Shown here: one piece after another, positions 1-9,936 of the stretch
Numbering within the stretch: the stretch's first letter is position 1
Layout of the letters: each line of letters opens with the position of its first letter
Source: Microcystaceae cyanobacterium
GTDB lineage: Bacteria; Cyanobacteriota; Cyanobacteriia; Cyanobacteriales; Microcystaceae
Length of the DNA stretch: 64,000 bases
Assembly (NCBI GenBank): GCA_041746575.1
Contig: JBGTGT010000055.1
Coordinates: 9,550 to 73,549, forward strand
Reading direction: 5' to 3'
The notes under the pieces: generated by a model
Told to the model about the DNA's origin: nothing
The model's input: only the letters and a program-made list of their open reading frames with translations
Database searches by the model: none
Program-made: the position numbers and the translations under genes

Positions 1-70
1 TCCATTCTAGCTTAATCATTACACGGTCAGGTCGTTGTCTAACCTGTTGAAAATATTGAGTAAATTTCAA
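1..70 (-). CDS. Small putative toxin-like protein, 5' part (runs off window)
   Basis: Hand translation from a TTG overlapping the upstream stop (TTGA): MKFTQYFQQVRQRPDRVMIKLEW...; resembles small hypothetical proteins of TA-like clusters. Confidence 0.5.
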   Translation of the reverse strand, partial: MKFTQYFQQVRQRPDRVMIKLEW

Positions 71-252
71 AGATTCTTTCCTTGATTCATCTGTAAACGA
101 ATTGCCTCTACTATTTTAGTTTCCCATTCAGGATTATTATAAGCAATCGAAACTTTATTCGGTCGAGAATGTCTTCTGTCCATATAAGTATAAAAGGCTT
201 CTTTAGTATCTTTGCGAGCAATTAAATATTGCTTTAATTCTTGCTCACTCAT
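67..252 (-). CDS. DUF6887-like small protein (second, probably degenerate copy)
   Basis: ELKQYLIARKDTKEAFYTYMDR parallels 344..538; upstream frame reads ENINYN*MSEQ, matching the neighbour's NAINYN but with a stop. Confidence 0.55.
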   Translation of the reverse strand: MSEQELKQYLIARKDTKEAFYTYMDRRHSRPNKVSIAYNNPEWETKIVEAIRLQMNQGKNL

Positions 253-343
253 CTAATTATAATTAATATTTTCCTTTATGACTCCACCTCAATAAAAATT
301 TCTTACATCAAACATAAAACCTACTAATAAATTCAATATAATT

Positions 344-538
344 TTATGATTGATCAGATTGTAGATGAGGGATAATTTTCTCCTCCCAATCATTAGTGTC
401 TAAGTCTATTGTAATCATTTTACCCTCTGCTTTAGAACGATCAACATATGTATAAAAAGCATTAGTATCTTCTCGATGAGTTAAAACATATCGTCTTAAT
501 TCTTCTAAACTAAGACTATTGTAATTAATTGCGTTCAT
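344..538 (-). CDS. DUF6887-like small protein
   Basis: ELRRYVLTHREDTNAFYTYVDR motif; 4-nt ATGA overlap with 535..723. Confidence 0.65.
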   Translation of the reverse strand: MNAINYNSLSLEELRRYVLTHREDTNAFYTYVDRSKAEGKMITIDLDTNDWEEKIIPHLQSDQS

Positions 539-723
539 GGTTCATAGCCTCCAGAAGGTTTAATTTCAAAATCTAATTCTTGTGCTAATACATATAAATT
601 TCCTGTTCTTTCATCAATTCTAACTAATTCAATATTACGGTATTGCCATTGGGGATAAATGGCATTGGTTAAACGATAGCACAAACGATAAAGTCCTTGA
701 GCCTGTTGATCAGTTGGATTCAT
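535..723 (-). CDS. DUF6888-like small protein
   Basis: PTDQQA...RIDERTGNLYVLA motif; coupled to the DUF6887-like gene. Confidence 0.65.
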   Translation of the reverse strand: MNPTDQQAQGLYRLCYRLTNAIYPQWQYRNIELVRIDERTGNLYVLAQELDFEIKPSGGYEP

Positions 724-910
724 AAAGAAAGGTTATTTTGAATATTACTCATTTTCATTGTAAACAGCAACTTGTCACCCTTTACCTGTTGTATCTATCC
801 CACCTATAGATAAATTCTTATCTCCAGAATTCCTCACAATTCTAAAGCCTTCTCCCTAAAAAATTGTAAAATTCTTTTAAGATGCGTTAACTCTATATCA
901 AGGGGATATT

Positions 911-3109
911 ATGACCGTTGCTAGCACAATACCAGCATTTTGTCAAGGAATTCAATATTTTGGGCAAGACTTACCCGAATTTAAGAAATATATCAGTGAA
1001 GTTGCGATTAAAGAAGGAAAAACGGCGATTTCGTCCCCTAGTGACCCTGTAGCAGTTTATCAAACCCTCTTAGCGGCGGATGCTTTACGTTATTTAACCC
1101 TGCAAACCACTGCCACCAAAGCGTCAGGACATCCGGGGGGATTTGCCAGTATTGCAGAAGCGATCGCATCCTTAGTGATGTTAGGTCATAAAAATATCAT
1201 CACCGAAGTCGGACATCATGCACCTGGATTTTACAGTAATATGTTCCTTGACCGTTCCCTCGAAGACATGGGTATTAAGACGGTAGAACAAATGGGAGAA
1301 CGTTACCGAGAGATGCACGGACTTTTAGGTCATCTTTCGGGACAAATTCCCGGATTATTGAACCCTGCAGGTCCTCTGGGACAGGGACAACACTTTGCCA
1401 TGGCTGGTGCAAAACTGCATCCGGGGATATTATTTCCCGTGACGATTGGAGATGGGGGACTGGGTGAGCCTTATATAACAAGCAGTTTTGGGCATTTCAA
1501 TACGGCTTATCCGAAAATTACGAACTTTTTGCCTATTTTAGTTTGGAATGGTTATTCCCAAGAACATCACAGCATGGTATCAACAAAAACCAACGCAGAG
1601 ATGATTAACTATTGGCAAGGCAATGGGTTTCAAGAAGTTATCTTAATCAATGCCAAAGACTTCGATGATACCAACCAAGCAGGGGAATATGTAGATAGCA
1701 CTCAGTTTTCCATGGCAAAACGCTTAGAATTTATGCAAGCTGTCTTAGAAGCCACCGATAAAGCGGCAAAATCGGCATTAGGGGGTACATTAACCGTCCT
1801 AATTGTCAAACAGCTCAAAGGCGCAGGGGTTCACAAACGGGGTGCGGCTTCTCATAATTTATATGCAGGAGACACCTTAGAGAAGGATTATATTGTTAAA
1901 GCGCTGCAAGAGCGAGCCTTATCTCCGCGAGCATGGCAAATCGTCCGAACCAACTTTGAGCGCGCCGCAGGAGGCTCGGCATCCCATCAGGTGGTAACGG
2001 AGCAAGAATTATCCTTACCCGATTTAGGCCGTCTCCCCTTAAATGAATTTCCGGTACAGGGAGATAAACAGGTAGCAACAACGGCAATGGGGGAATTAGT
2101 CGTCTATGTGGGTAAAAAAGATCCCAATTTCGTGATTACGAATGCCGATGGTAATGCGGCATCAGGAATTAATAACATTAATGTGGGGTTGAAAATTATT
2201 CATCCGACGGTTGATGAGACCTATTTTCAGCAACCTCAAGGACAAGTCTATGAACCGCTCAGTGAAGATGCTTGTGCGGGTTTAGCGGCGAGTTTAGCTT
2301 TATTTGGTGCAAGAACACTATGGTGTTCTTATGAGTCTTTTGCGATTAATGGATTACCAATTTGGCAAACGGTGACGCAAGCAATGGCCGAATTACGTCG
2401 ACCGACTCCTTCTACGATAGCCTTATTCACTGCCGGCGCATTAGAACAAGGACGGAATGGTTGGACGCATCAACGGCCAGAAATTGAGAATTATTTTGCG
2501 GCAATGATGCGAAATGGCAATGTTTTCCCTCTATTTCCTTGTGATGCTAATAGTATTCAAGTTTGCTATGAATGGGCATTACATACGAAGAATAAAGGGG
2601 TTACCATTACAGCGAGTAAATCTCCTTTACCCATTCGCACAACCGTTGCACAAACTCGTCAAGGGTTACAAGATGGTGGCATTATCTTACACGAAACCGA
2701 AGGTAAGAAAAAAGTCGTTTTTGCGGTGATTGGGGATATGACCTTAATTCCCGTTTTTGAAGCAGCAACGCGTCTTGAAAATGAAGGAATGGGTGTCCGC
2801 ATTGTTTCGGTGATTAACCCCCGTCGTTTATATCGCCCCGATGACGTATCGTGGCAAACTTGTACGGAAAAAGAAAGTCATTTTTTAGACGATCATGGCT
2901 TTGAAATGCTATTCGGTGGCGATGCGTTAATTGGCGTAACAGGAGGAAGTTCTGCGATGTTAGAACCCATTATGTTACGCAGTAATTGTCAACGGGATAC
3001 TTTCGCTTGGAAACGGGGTGAAACCACCGCCAGTGCCGGGGAAATTATGGCCTTTAATGGGTTAACCGCCGAGGCGTTAAGTAACCGTGCGATCGCTTTG
3101 GTTAAATAG
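911..3109 (+). CDS. TPP-dependent phosphoketolase/transketolase-family enzyme
   Basis: 732 aa; SGHPGG, GHH, GPLGQG, GDG TPP motif, NGWTHQ. Confidence 0.85.
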   Translation: MTVASTIPAFCQGIQYFGQDLPEFKKYISEVAIKEGKTAISSPSDPVAVYQTLLAADALRYLTLQTTATKASGHPGGFASIAEAIASLVMLGHKNIITEVGHHAPGFYSNMFLDRSLEDMGIKTVEQMGERYREMHGLLGHLSGQIPGLLNPAGPLGQGQHFAMAGAKLHPGILFPVTIGDGGLGEPYITSSFGHFNTAYPKITNFLPILVWNGYSQEHHSMVSTKTNAEMINYWQGNGFQEVILINAKDFDDTNQAGEYVDSTQFSMAKRLEFMQAVLEATDKAAKSALGGTLTVLIVKQLKGAGVHKRGAASHNLYAGDTLEKDYIVKALQERALSPRAWQIVRTNFERAAGGSASHQVVTEQELSLPDLGRLPLNEFPVQGDKQVATTAMGELVVYVGKKDPNFVITNADGNAASGINNINVGLKIIHPTVDETYFQQPQGQVYEPLSEDACAGLAASLALFGARTLWCSYESFAINGLPIWQTVTQAMAELRRPTPSTIALFTAGALEQGRNGWTHQRPEIENYFAAMMRNGNVFPLFPCDANSIQVCYEWALHTKNKGVTITASKSPLPIRTTVAQTRQGLQDGGIILHETEGKKKVVFAVIGDMTLIPVFEAATRLENEGMGVRIVSVINPRRLYRPDDVSWQTCTEKESHFLDDHGFEMLFGGDALIGVTGGSSAMLEPIMLRSNCQRDTFAWKRGETTASAGEIMAFNGLTAEALSNRAIALVK

Positions 3110-3121
3110 GGTTATGATTTT

Positions 3122-3146
3122 AAGGTGGGCTATTGATGTCCACCTT
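3122..3146. repeat. Stem-loop (REP-like or terminator) after the phosphoketolase gene
   Basis: AAGGTGGGC-loop-GTCCACCTT. Confidence 0.5.
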
Positions 3147-3237
3147 TATCTATCTTTCGCCGATTATAAATATACGAAGAAAAGCAGTATTTTAAGTCTC
3201 TTGCTCATAAGAATTTCTCTATTGTGAAAACAAATTA

Positions 3238-3771
3238 ATGATTGCAGAAGGAGGACAAGTTATAGAAATGATTGATTTAAGACAAGCGGTATATTATGAA
3301 TTTGTTGATGATATTACTGTGGAGATTTTTGATCAATATAAATGGGGACTAAAAAGACTCGGAATTGACTTTTCTCAAGAGCTTTTAGAGATGATTGTCT
3401 ATTGTTCATTTGGCTTAGAAAGTACATTACTTGCTTTTTGTGCTTGGACTTTACGCAAAAAAGAAAAAGGAGAAAGCTTTAGTCGCGAATTATTAACAAA
3501 TATTTTAATTGATGCCTTGAGAGAAGGGTGGATTCCCAGCGAGTTTCAAAAAGATTATCTTAAAAAGCACGGTAATATTTTAACTCATCCAAGAGAATCA
3601 ATTTGGAAAGAAGCCGAAAAAATACTGGGATATGAGTTGAGGAACCAAACCATCTCTGATATTACAGAAGAAGGTCAGTTGATTTTTAGGAATAATTTAC
3701 AACTTACACCCAATGACACTGATAAATTGGCTATTTTAAGAACATATATTGTTAGATTAGTGAATGATTGA
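3238..3771 (+). CDS. Hypothetical protein
   Basis: 177-aa ORF; alternative start MIDLRQ follows GGAGG; no motif recognised. Confidence 0.6.
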   Translation: MIAEGGQVIEMIDLRQAVYYEFVDDITVEIFDQYKWGLKRLGIDFSQELLEMIVYCSFGLESTLLAFCAWTLRKKEKGESFSRELLTNILIDALREGWIPSEFQKDYLKKHGNILTHPRESIWKEAEKILGYELRNQTISDITEEGQLIFRNNLQLTPNDTDKLAILRTYIVRLVND

Positions 3772-3830
3772 AACTTGAAGTTTTGAATTCCTATTGTCCT
3801 TTTTTAACGCAATATTAAATTCGATTTTGA

Positions 3831-3862
3831 TTAACGTGAATTTACCGTCAAACCCACGTTAA
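3831..3862. repeat. Imperfect palindrome between convergent genes
   Basis: TTAACGTG...CACGTTAA arms, resembling the ends of 36645..36809. Confidence 0.5.
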
Positions 3863-3874
3863 CAAAGGAGTCAT

Positions 3875-4894
3875 TTAAGATTCAATGGGTTTGAAACCAT
3901 GTTTGAGCGAAAATTCGCCAATCTTTTCCATTTTCTCGACGGTAATTTGATTACGTCCCCAAGAAAAATTGGTGTGATATTGTTCAAATTCTAGTAACAT
4001 TGCTTCAGCAAAACAAGCAAACATTTGACGATTTGGCACATCCATGCTGACAATTTCCATGATTTTCCAGTTAATATCGAGGAAATGTTCGACAATTCCC
4101 CCATTTAAAACCGTCACATCGGGATGTTGAATTTTGGTGCCTAAATTTTTGGGATAACCCCCATCAAGAATTAAACAGGGTTTTTTTAGGGTTTCTGGTC
4201 GAATCTCTACCCCTTTGGGCATACTAGCGACCCAAACAATCACATCTGCTAAGGGTAACGCCTCTTCTAACCCCATAATCTTACCCCGTCCCAGTTCCGC
4301 CTGTAAAGCATTTAAACGTTCTTGGTTACGAGCAATATAGAGTAAATCAGCGACATCTGATTTCTGATCGAGCCAGCGACAGACTGCACTGCCAATATCT
4401 CCAGTTGCACCACAAACAGCAACAGTTGCTTTAGATAAGTCTATATTTAATTTCTTAGAAACCGTTTCCACTTGACGACAAATCACATAAGCCGTATGCG
4501 TGTTACCTGTCGTAAAACGATTGAAGTCTAATTCGACATTGCGAACTTGTCGGTTATTTTTCAGGTCAAATTCTTCAAAAATAATGGAAGAAAAGCCACC
4601 TAGCGCAGTAATGTTCAAATCTGCCTTTTGCGCTAAAGCCATAGCGTTTAAAATTTTCCGAATAGCCGCTTTAACTCGACGATTCATCAACATTTCAGGT
4701 AAGAAGCAAGATTCCACATACTTGCCTTCAATGATTTGTCCTGTCGCACTTTTAACCTGAAAATGATCTACAATTTGCGGGGGTGCAGAACACCAAAAAT
4801 CAAGACCTTCATTGGCGTATTCGGGATAACCAAGGACTTCTGCAACGGATTGAGCGTGTTCTAAACTGGTAAGATGACCAATAAGACCAAACAT
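3875..4894 (-). CDS. aar: Long-chain acyl-ACP reductase (alkane synthesis)
   Basis: [16 protein letters not shown]-terminus, GATGDIGS Rossmann motif, [20 protein letters not shown]. Confidence 0.95.
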   Translation of the reverse strand: MFGLIGHLTSLEHAQSVAEVLGYPEYANEGLDFWCSAPPQIVDHFQVKSATGQIIEGKYVESCFLPEMLMNRRVKAAIRKILNAMALAQKADLNITALGGFSSIIFEEFDLKNNRQVRNVELDFNRFTTGNTHTAYVICRQVETVSKKLNIDLSKATVAVCGATGDIGSAVCRWLDQKSDVADLLYIARNQERLNALQAELGRGKIMGLEEALPLADVIVWVASMPKGVEIRPETLKKPCLILDGGYPKNLGTKIQHPDVTVLNGGIVEHFLDINWKIMEIVSMDVPNRQMFACFAEAMLLEFEQYHTNFSWGRNQITVEKMEKIGEFSLKHGFKPIES

Positions 4895-5198
4895 AGATTA
4901 AAAAGATAGGATTAGGTAACGTCAATAAGAAGAATAAGGAATTTTGAACAGTATCCTTTCAAAGATGATTAAGACTTCTTAACTATCATAGCGAAAAAAG
5001 GCCATTTTGAGGCTAACCCTATTTTTCCCGAACAAAAAAAGACGGTATTCAAAAATATTTTTGCTTATTTGTTCCTGTTTTTTTGGTCTCTATCTGCAAC
5101 TGCAATGGATATTACAACCCCATCAAACTGTTGATTAGATAGTACATATTATAGTCTCAAGGCATTTTGTCTTTTTTTATACTGTGAAGTGAGAACAG

Positions 5199-5777
5199 AT
5201 GATCATTAATCCCAGGCAAATTAATTTAGATTCCCTTCATCTAACTGATGAACCATTTTATCAACTGTGTCAAGATAACCGAGATTTGCACCTTGAAAGA
5301 AATGTCAAAGGAGACTTAATTATTATGCCACCGATGGGAGGAAAAACAGGTCATAAAAATGCCAAATTAACTCAAAAACTAGAAAACTGGATGGACGAAG
5401 AAGATACAGGAATTTGCTTTGATTCATCAACAGGATTTAAGCTGCCAAATGGTGCAGAAAGATCTTCTGATGCCGCTTGGATACCTTTAGCAAAGTGACC
5501 TAATTTAACGCTTCAACAACGTCAAAAGTTTTTACCTTTATGTCCCGATTTTGTAATTGAATTTCGCTCCAAAAGTGATTACCTAAAATCTTTACCAGAG
5601 AAGAAGAAAGAATATAAAGAAAATGGCACAAAATTAGAATGGTTGCTCAATTGCAAAGAGAGACAAGTGGAAATTTATCGTCAAGGAAAAGCAGTCAAAA
5701 TTTTAGAGAATCCCAGTACCTTATCAGGAGAGAATGTGTTATCAAATTTTGTTTTAGATTTAGAATTTGTTGGGTAG
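5199..5777 (+). pseudogene. Uma2-family endonuclease with internal stop
   Basis: LERN..GDLIIMPPMG, FDSSTGFKLPNGA; TGA at 5496-5498, then frame continues CPDFVIEFRSKSD...LSGENVLSNFVLDL. Confidence 0.85.
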
Positions 5778-5814
5778 CATCTAAGCAAAAGAAATTATCA
5801 ATTAAATTATCTTG

Positions 5815-5990
5815 AAAACCAAGAAGGGTAAGAGAGGATGCTGTTCTAAACTTTCGATTCTAGACAAATTTTGCTAACGTTACTATATTGGAGAGAGTAT
5901 AAAACCTTCTTTCATATAAGGCAAGATTGGGGAGTTCATGAGTCGACAGCTAGTCGAATAGTAAAAAGAATTTACGATATTCTAATTAGC
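5815..5990 (+). mobile_element. IS5-family-like transposase HTH remnant
   Basis: LLTLLYWREYKTFFHI..DWGVHESTASRIV; truncated. Confidence 0.7.
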
Positions 5991-6042
5991 TACCTAATTA
6001 GAATATCGCAAGAGGTCTATTATGATGACTTTATGTCCCGTA

Positions 6043-6825
6043 TCATAACCATCCTTGTAGCCTATAAATCAGAATTCCCATATACTCTTTTAACGCTAAT
6101 GTGGTTAGGGATAAACGATGAGCATCAGGCAACAATCCTAATAGCAGTCCTTCCAAACTAAAGGGATCTTCTTCTCTTGTCACAAAGAAGTCCGTCGGCG
6201 CAGGAATTACGTCAATACCGAGTTTTTTAAAGATTAAGAGGGAGCGGGGCAGGTGAAAAGCGGAGGTTACCAAGATAATTTGTTTAATTCCTTGGCTTTC
6301 TAGAATTTTCTGCACATTCACTGCATTTTGATAGGTGTTTAAAGAGTCGGGTTCTTGCGTAATAATCTGAGCAGGAATTCCCATTAATTGAAGAACTTCT
6401 GCCATATCTTGGGCTTCTGAGCGAGTATTTCCAGACCAGCTAATTCTACCGCCAGCAACAATAATCAAAGGGGCTTTTTGTTCTCGATAAAGCTTAACGC
6501 CATATAATAAGCGATCGCCATGTTCATTCAAATCTACCATTGGACGCGGGGCTACGGGGGATTTTGTTGCCCCCCCTAAAATTACAATCGCATCGGCTTG
6601 CGGTATATCAGTAGGAGGAATAATACGGCTTTCTAGCGATCGCATCAGACCCTCACTTACCCAAGCATTACTAGCAAGTAAAATCACGAATAAGGCGATT
6701 AGAAGGGGATAGGGAGTCCAACGGGAACGTCTGCCCCACAAAAATAAAGTAATAACCAACAAAACACAGGTTAATCCCAACGGATAGAGAAATAGAGGTA
6801 ATATTTTGGATAGAAAGAGAAACAT
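6043..6825 (-). CDS. YdcF/ElyC-family (DUF218) membrane protein
   Basis: ADAIVILGG, SLNTYQNA, LVTSAFHLPRS, ALKEYMG. Confidence 0.9.
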   Translation of the reverse strand: MFLFLSKILPLFLYPLGLTCVLLVITLFLWGRRSRWTPYPLLIALFVILLASNAWVSEGLMRSLESRIIPPTDIPQADAIVILGGATKSPVAPRPMVDLNEHGDRLLYGVKLYREQKAPLIIVAGGRISWSGNTRSEAQDMAEVLQLMGIPAQIITQEPDSLNTYQNAVNVQKILESQGIKQIILVTSAFHLPRSLLIFKKLGIDVIPAPTDFFVTREEDPFSLEGLLLGLLPDAHRLSLTTLALKEYMGILIYRLQGWL

Positions 6826-7924
6826 TTGAGTTGATGAGGAATATTATTTTTACGCTTCGCGAATAATGGGTAAATCTAGCCAATCACTCAGTTCACCCAC
6901 TAGCCAATCTAATTCAATTTCAGATAGTAAACCTTCTCCACCAATTGTAAACTTTTTCGTTCCTGCCCAAATATTAATTTGTGGCTTAACTTCTGTCTTG
7001 CTACCTTCAGAGCTACTTTTGTATGATATCTTAGTCCGTTCTAACTTAATGATATTATGGCGTGATGCTGGACGAGGACGTTGATAATTTAAACCAAAAA
7101 GTCGGTACTTCAAAGTGATTTTTTCTGAATTAATTTGTAACCAAACTTGTCCAAAAAGGGCGAACAAAATCCGCAAGGTGAACCAAATACCGACTCCGAC
7201 ATGCACTAGAGGGAAAAAAACAGCAAACCACTCTATTGTATTCATCGAATTCCCTGAACGGAGTGCCATTAGATACCAGTTTACCAAAAATCCATTCCAA
7301 ACAGCTGCAAATCCAATGGTAGGCAATAACTCAAGGGTAAATCCTCGAGGCGGAATATAAATTTCCAGAAAATTATGCCTTTTATTAAGAATTACTTGAG
7401 AATCCGCGGGTTTTGTAGAAACTAAAAAAGCTTTTTTTCTGGTTTCTTCCTTTTCCAAAGCTTGTAATGCTTGATTAGCCGATTTCAATCGATGGTCAAG
7501 AGCAGGTTCAGTCATCCATTGTAACCAATCAATAAAAATAGATGAAAAGCTCACATGATTTTCAAAACAAATTTTAAGATTTCTTTGCGGCAAATCTGCC
7601 GGATGTTGTCCAGATGCTAGATAAATCAGTGTGCCCCTAAAGCGTACAGATCAGAAGCAGGTACGGCTCGTTCTCCAAATTGTTCGGGAGGCATATAGCC
7701 GTAAGTTCCCACAACGGTTCGACGAGTTCCCTTTTCGCTAGCCGCCGCTTGCACAGAGCCAAAATCAACCAGATAGATTTGACCGACGCTATTCCCTGAA
7801 CGATGGCCAGTAAAATGTTATTTGGCTTAATATCACGATGGATAATAGGAGGATATCGACTATGAAGATAAGTCAGAACTTGTGAACTGTCCCGACGCTG
7901 ACGCAAACGTACAGCGCGGGCTTC

Positions 7925-9199
7925 TTACCCAGAGACAAGCGCAGTAGTAGATTTCTTTCGTCCTCTATTACTACGACTTACAGTCTGGCGATAAGCTTCT
8001 TGATGAAGTTGTTCATGGGGGAGACCCCCAAGACCACACTTCATCGCTTTATCCCGCGTCCCACAGGTCAAAATTCGTAGTCCCTCATCTCTGAGATTAA
8101 TTGCGGCGTTAACATCTCTGTCGTGTTTTGTCTGGCAGTTTTCACAAGTCCAATGTCTGATATCAAGCGGCAAACTACCCACCTGATTTAAGCAAACATG
8201 ACAAGTTTTTGATGAAGGGAAAAACCTATCAACTTCTTGATAAATCTTACCCTCATTTTCTGCTTTGTATTTAAGCAGGGTCATGAACATTCCCCATCCA
8301 ACTTGTGCGATTGCTTTAGCTAGACAGTGGTTTTTCATCATGCCTTTTACATTAAGATTCTCTGTCACAATGACTTGGTTTTCGTCTACTATCCTACGAG
8401 ATAGCTTATGTAGATAATCTTCACGGCAGTTCGTTATTTTACGATGTACTCTAGCAACTTTTCTTCTAGACTTATTACGGTTGCTAGACCCTTCTTGGTG
8501 CAGTTGTTCATGGGGGAAACCCCCAAGACCACACTGCACCGCTTTTTGTTTTCTAGATAGTTGCTGCTGTTTTAGCTTTAAATTCTTTTCATGTTTGGCT
8601 AGGAATCTTGGATTGTCAAATTTAGAGCCATCGCTAGTAATAGCAAAATGGGTTAAACCTACATCAACACCTATCGCTTTTCCTTCTGTGGATGATTCTG
8701 GTTGTTCTTGATCATCTTTAAATAATATAGAAGCAAAGTATTGGTTACAGCAATTTTTAGATACAGTAACCGTTTTGATTGTACCCTCTATAGGTCTATG
8801 GATAATCGCTTTTATTTCTCCAATCTTTGGAAGGTTCAAGCTTTTTTCTAGAACTTTGACATTTTGAGGATACTGAATAGACTGTTTACCCTGTTTTGAC
8901 TTAAACTTAGGATACCTTGCCCTACGTTCAAAAAAGTTATTAAAGGCAACTCCAAGATTTAAACAGGCTTGCTGTAAACACTGGGAATAAGTCAGTTTTA
9001 ACCATTCATGCTCTTTTTTAAGAGCAGGTATTAGTTTCTTAACTTCATATCCAGACAAACCCTTCCCTGTCTCTTTATAGGTCTGATTCATCAAGTTTAG
9101 GCAATAATTCCACAGCCAACGAACATTGCCAAAACTTTGTTCTAGCGACTGTTGTTGTTCTGTATTTGGATATAGCCTTACTTTGACAATCTTTAACAT
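7925..9199 (-). CDS. tnpB: RNA-guided endonuclease TnpB
   Basis: HTH (VRLYPNTEQ), RuvC GVDVG / TENLNV / DRDVNAA, Zn ribbon CHVC-CENC; two 17-aa insertions. Confidence 0.95.
   Translation of the reverse strand: MLKIVKVRLYPNTEQQQSLEQSFGNVRWLWNYCLNLMNQTYKETGKGLSGYEVKKLIPALKKEHEWLKLTYSQCLQQACLNLGVAFNNFFERRARYPKFKSKQGKQSIQYPQNVKVLEKSLNLPKIGEIKAIIHRPIEGTIKTVTVSKNCCNQYFASILFKDDQEQPESSTEGKAIGVDVGLTHFAITSDGSKFDNPRFLAKHEKNLKLKQQQLSRKQKAVQCGLGGFPHEQLHQEGSSNRNKSRRKVARVHRKITNCREDYLHKLSRRIVDENQVIVTENLNVKGMMKNHCLAKAIAQVGWGMFMTLLKYKAENEGKIYQEVDRFFPSSKTCHVCLNQVGSLPLDIRHWTCENCQTKHDRDVNAAINLRDEGLRILTCGTRDKAMKCGLGGLPHEQLHQEAYRQTVSRSNRGRKKSTTALVSG
7997..8047 (-). repeat. 51-bp hairpin mini-element, copy 1 (in frame in tnpB)
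   Basis: GCGATGAAGTGTGGTCTTGGGGGTCTCCCCCATGAACAACTTCATCAAGAA. Confidence 0.9.
8492..8542 (-). repeat. 51-bp hairpin mini-element, copy 2 (in frame in tnpB)
   Basis: GCGGTGCAGTGTGGTCTTGGGGGTTTCCCCCATGAACAACTGCACCAAGAA; 46/51 identical to copy 1. Confidence 0.9.
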
Positions 9200-9936
9200 A
9201 CTTAGAGTGAATTGAATATCTTATAAAATATCTTAGCACAAGATTTTGATTGTGTGGCAAAAGTTTATTGGTCAATTTTCGGGGCATTGAACCCCTCAAT
9301 TGACGAAGTCAGAGGAAGCCTCGGCTTTCCAAGCCGGAGTACCGATGACCCGCCTTTCATCCCGACGCTGACCCTATCGGGTACAGCGCGGGGCTTCTCT
9401 GCGGTGAGCTAATAGGGCTTTGGCAATTTGCTTTAACTCAGTTTCACTGAAGGTTCGTCCTGATTGAACCTGTTGTTCTAGGGAAGGCGCATCATATAGC
9501 TTTGTACCAGCGCAAAACCTCTATTCGAAAGACTTTCAGTCTCAAAGTAGTCAATATAGCGAGGAATGGCAGGATGCTCAAGCTCTTTTAAGGTCTGAGC
9601 TTCACGTTCAAACAGTTTAACCGTTTCCCATGTTAGTCCACTATTAAAAATCAATCGTTTAACCACCACTAAATTTTGAGTTTGTCTGTCAAAAGCGAGT
9701 AGCGTCTGCTGACCCAATCCAAATCCTAGCTCTCGTCGAATTTCATAACGCCCTTGTAATACCTGCTCATTCATTAAAGCCACCTTAGAAATCTAGTAAC
9801 TTTTGCTAATTTCTTTTGTTCTTATACGCAACAATTAGGCTACAAGGTTCATCTCAATTTTTACTAAAAAGCGTAATAAGTCTTAACCATTGGAACATCC
9901 AACTTAACGAGAATTTTTTAAGTACCTATTTGAAGT

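Larger units (their letters stand above)
7882..9408 (-). mobile_element. IS200/IS605-family element, tnpB only (IS1341-like)
   Basis: Related subterminal hairpins at both ends (CCCGCGCTGTAC...GTCAGCGTCGGGA), right end TTCAC, no target duplication; removal restores kinase codons TTA GAA GTT. Confidence 0.9.
6850..9783 (-). pseudogene. Membrane Ser/Thr kinase split by an IS and frameshifted
   Basis: N-lobe 9478..9783; KQIAKALL|EVLTYLH joined across the IS; HRDIKP, DFG, GTYGYMPPEQF; TM C-terminus 6850..7593; apparent 1-nt deletions near 9495, 7806, 7633. Confidence 0.85.

Noticed and set aside
7882..9408. IStron (group I intron + IS) allowing kinase splicing
   Set aside because: Only ~200 nt upstream of tnpB, no intron core recognised, and the kinase has further frameshifts.
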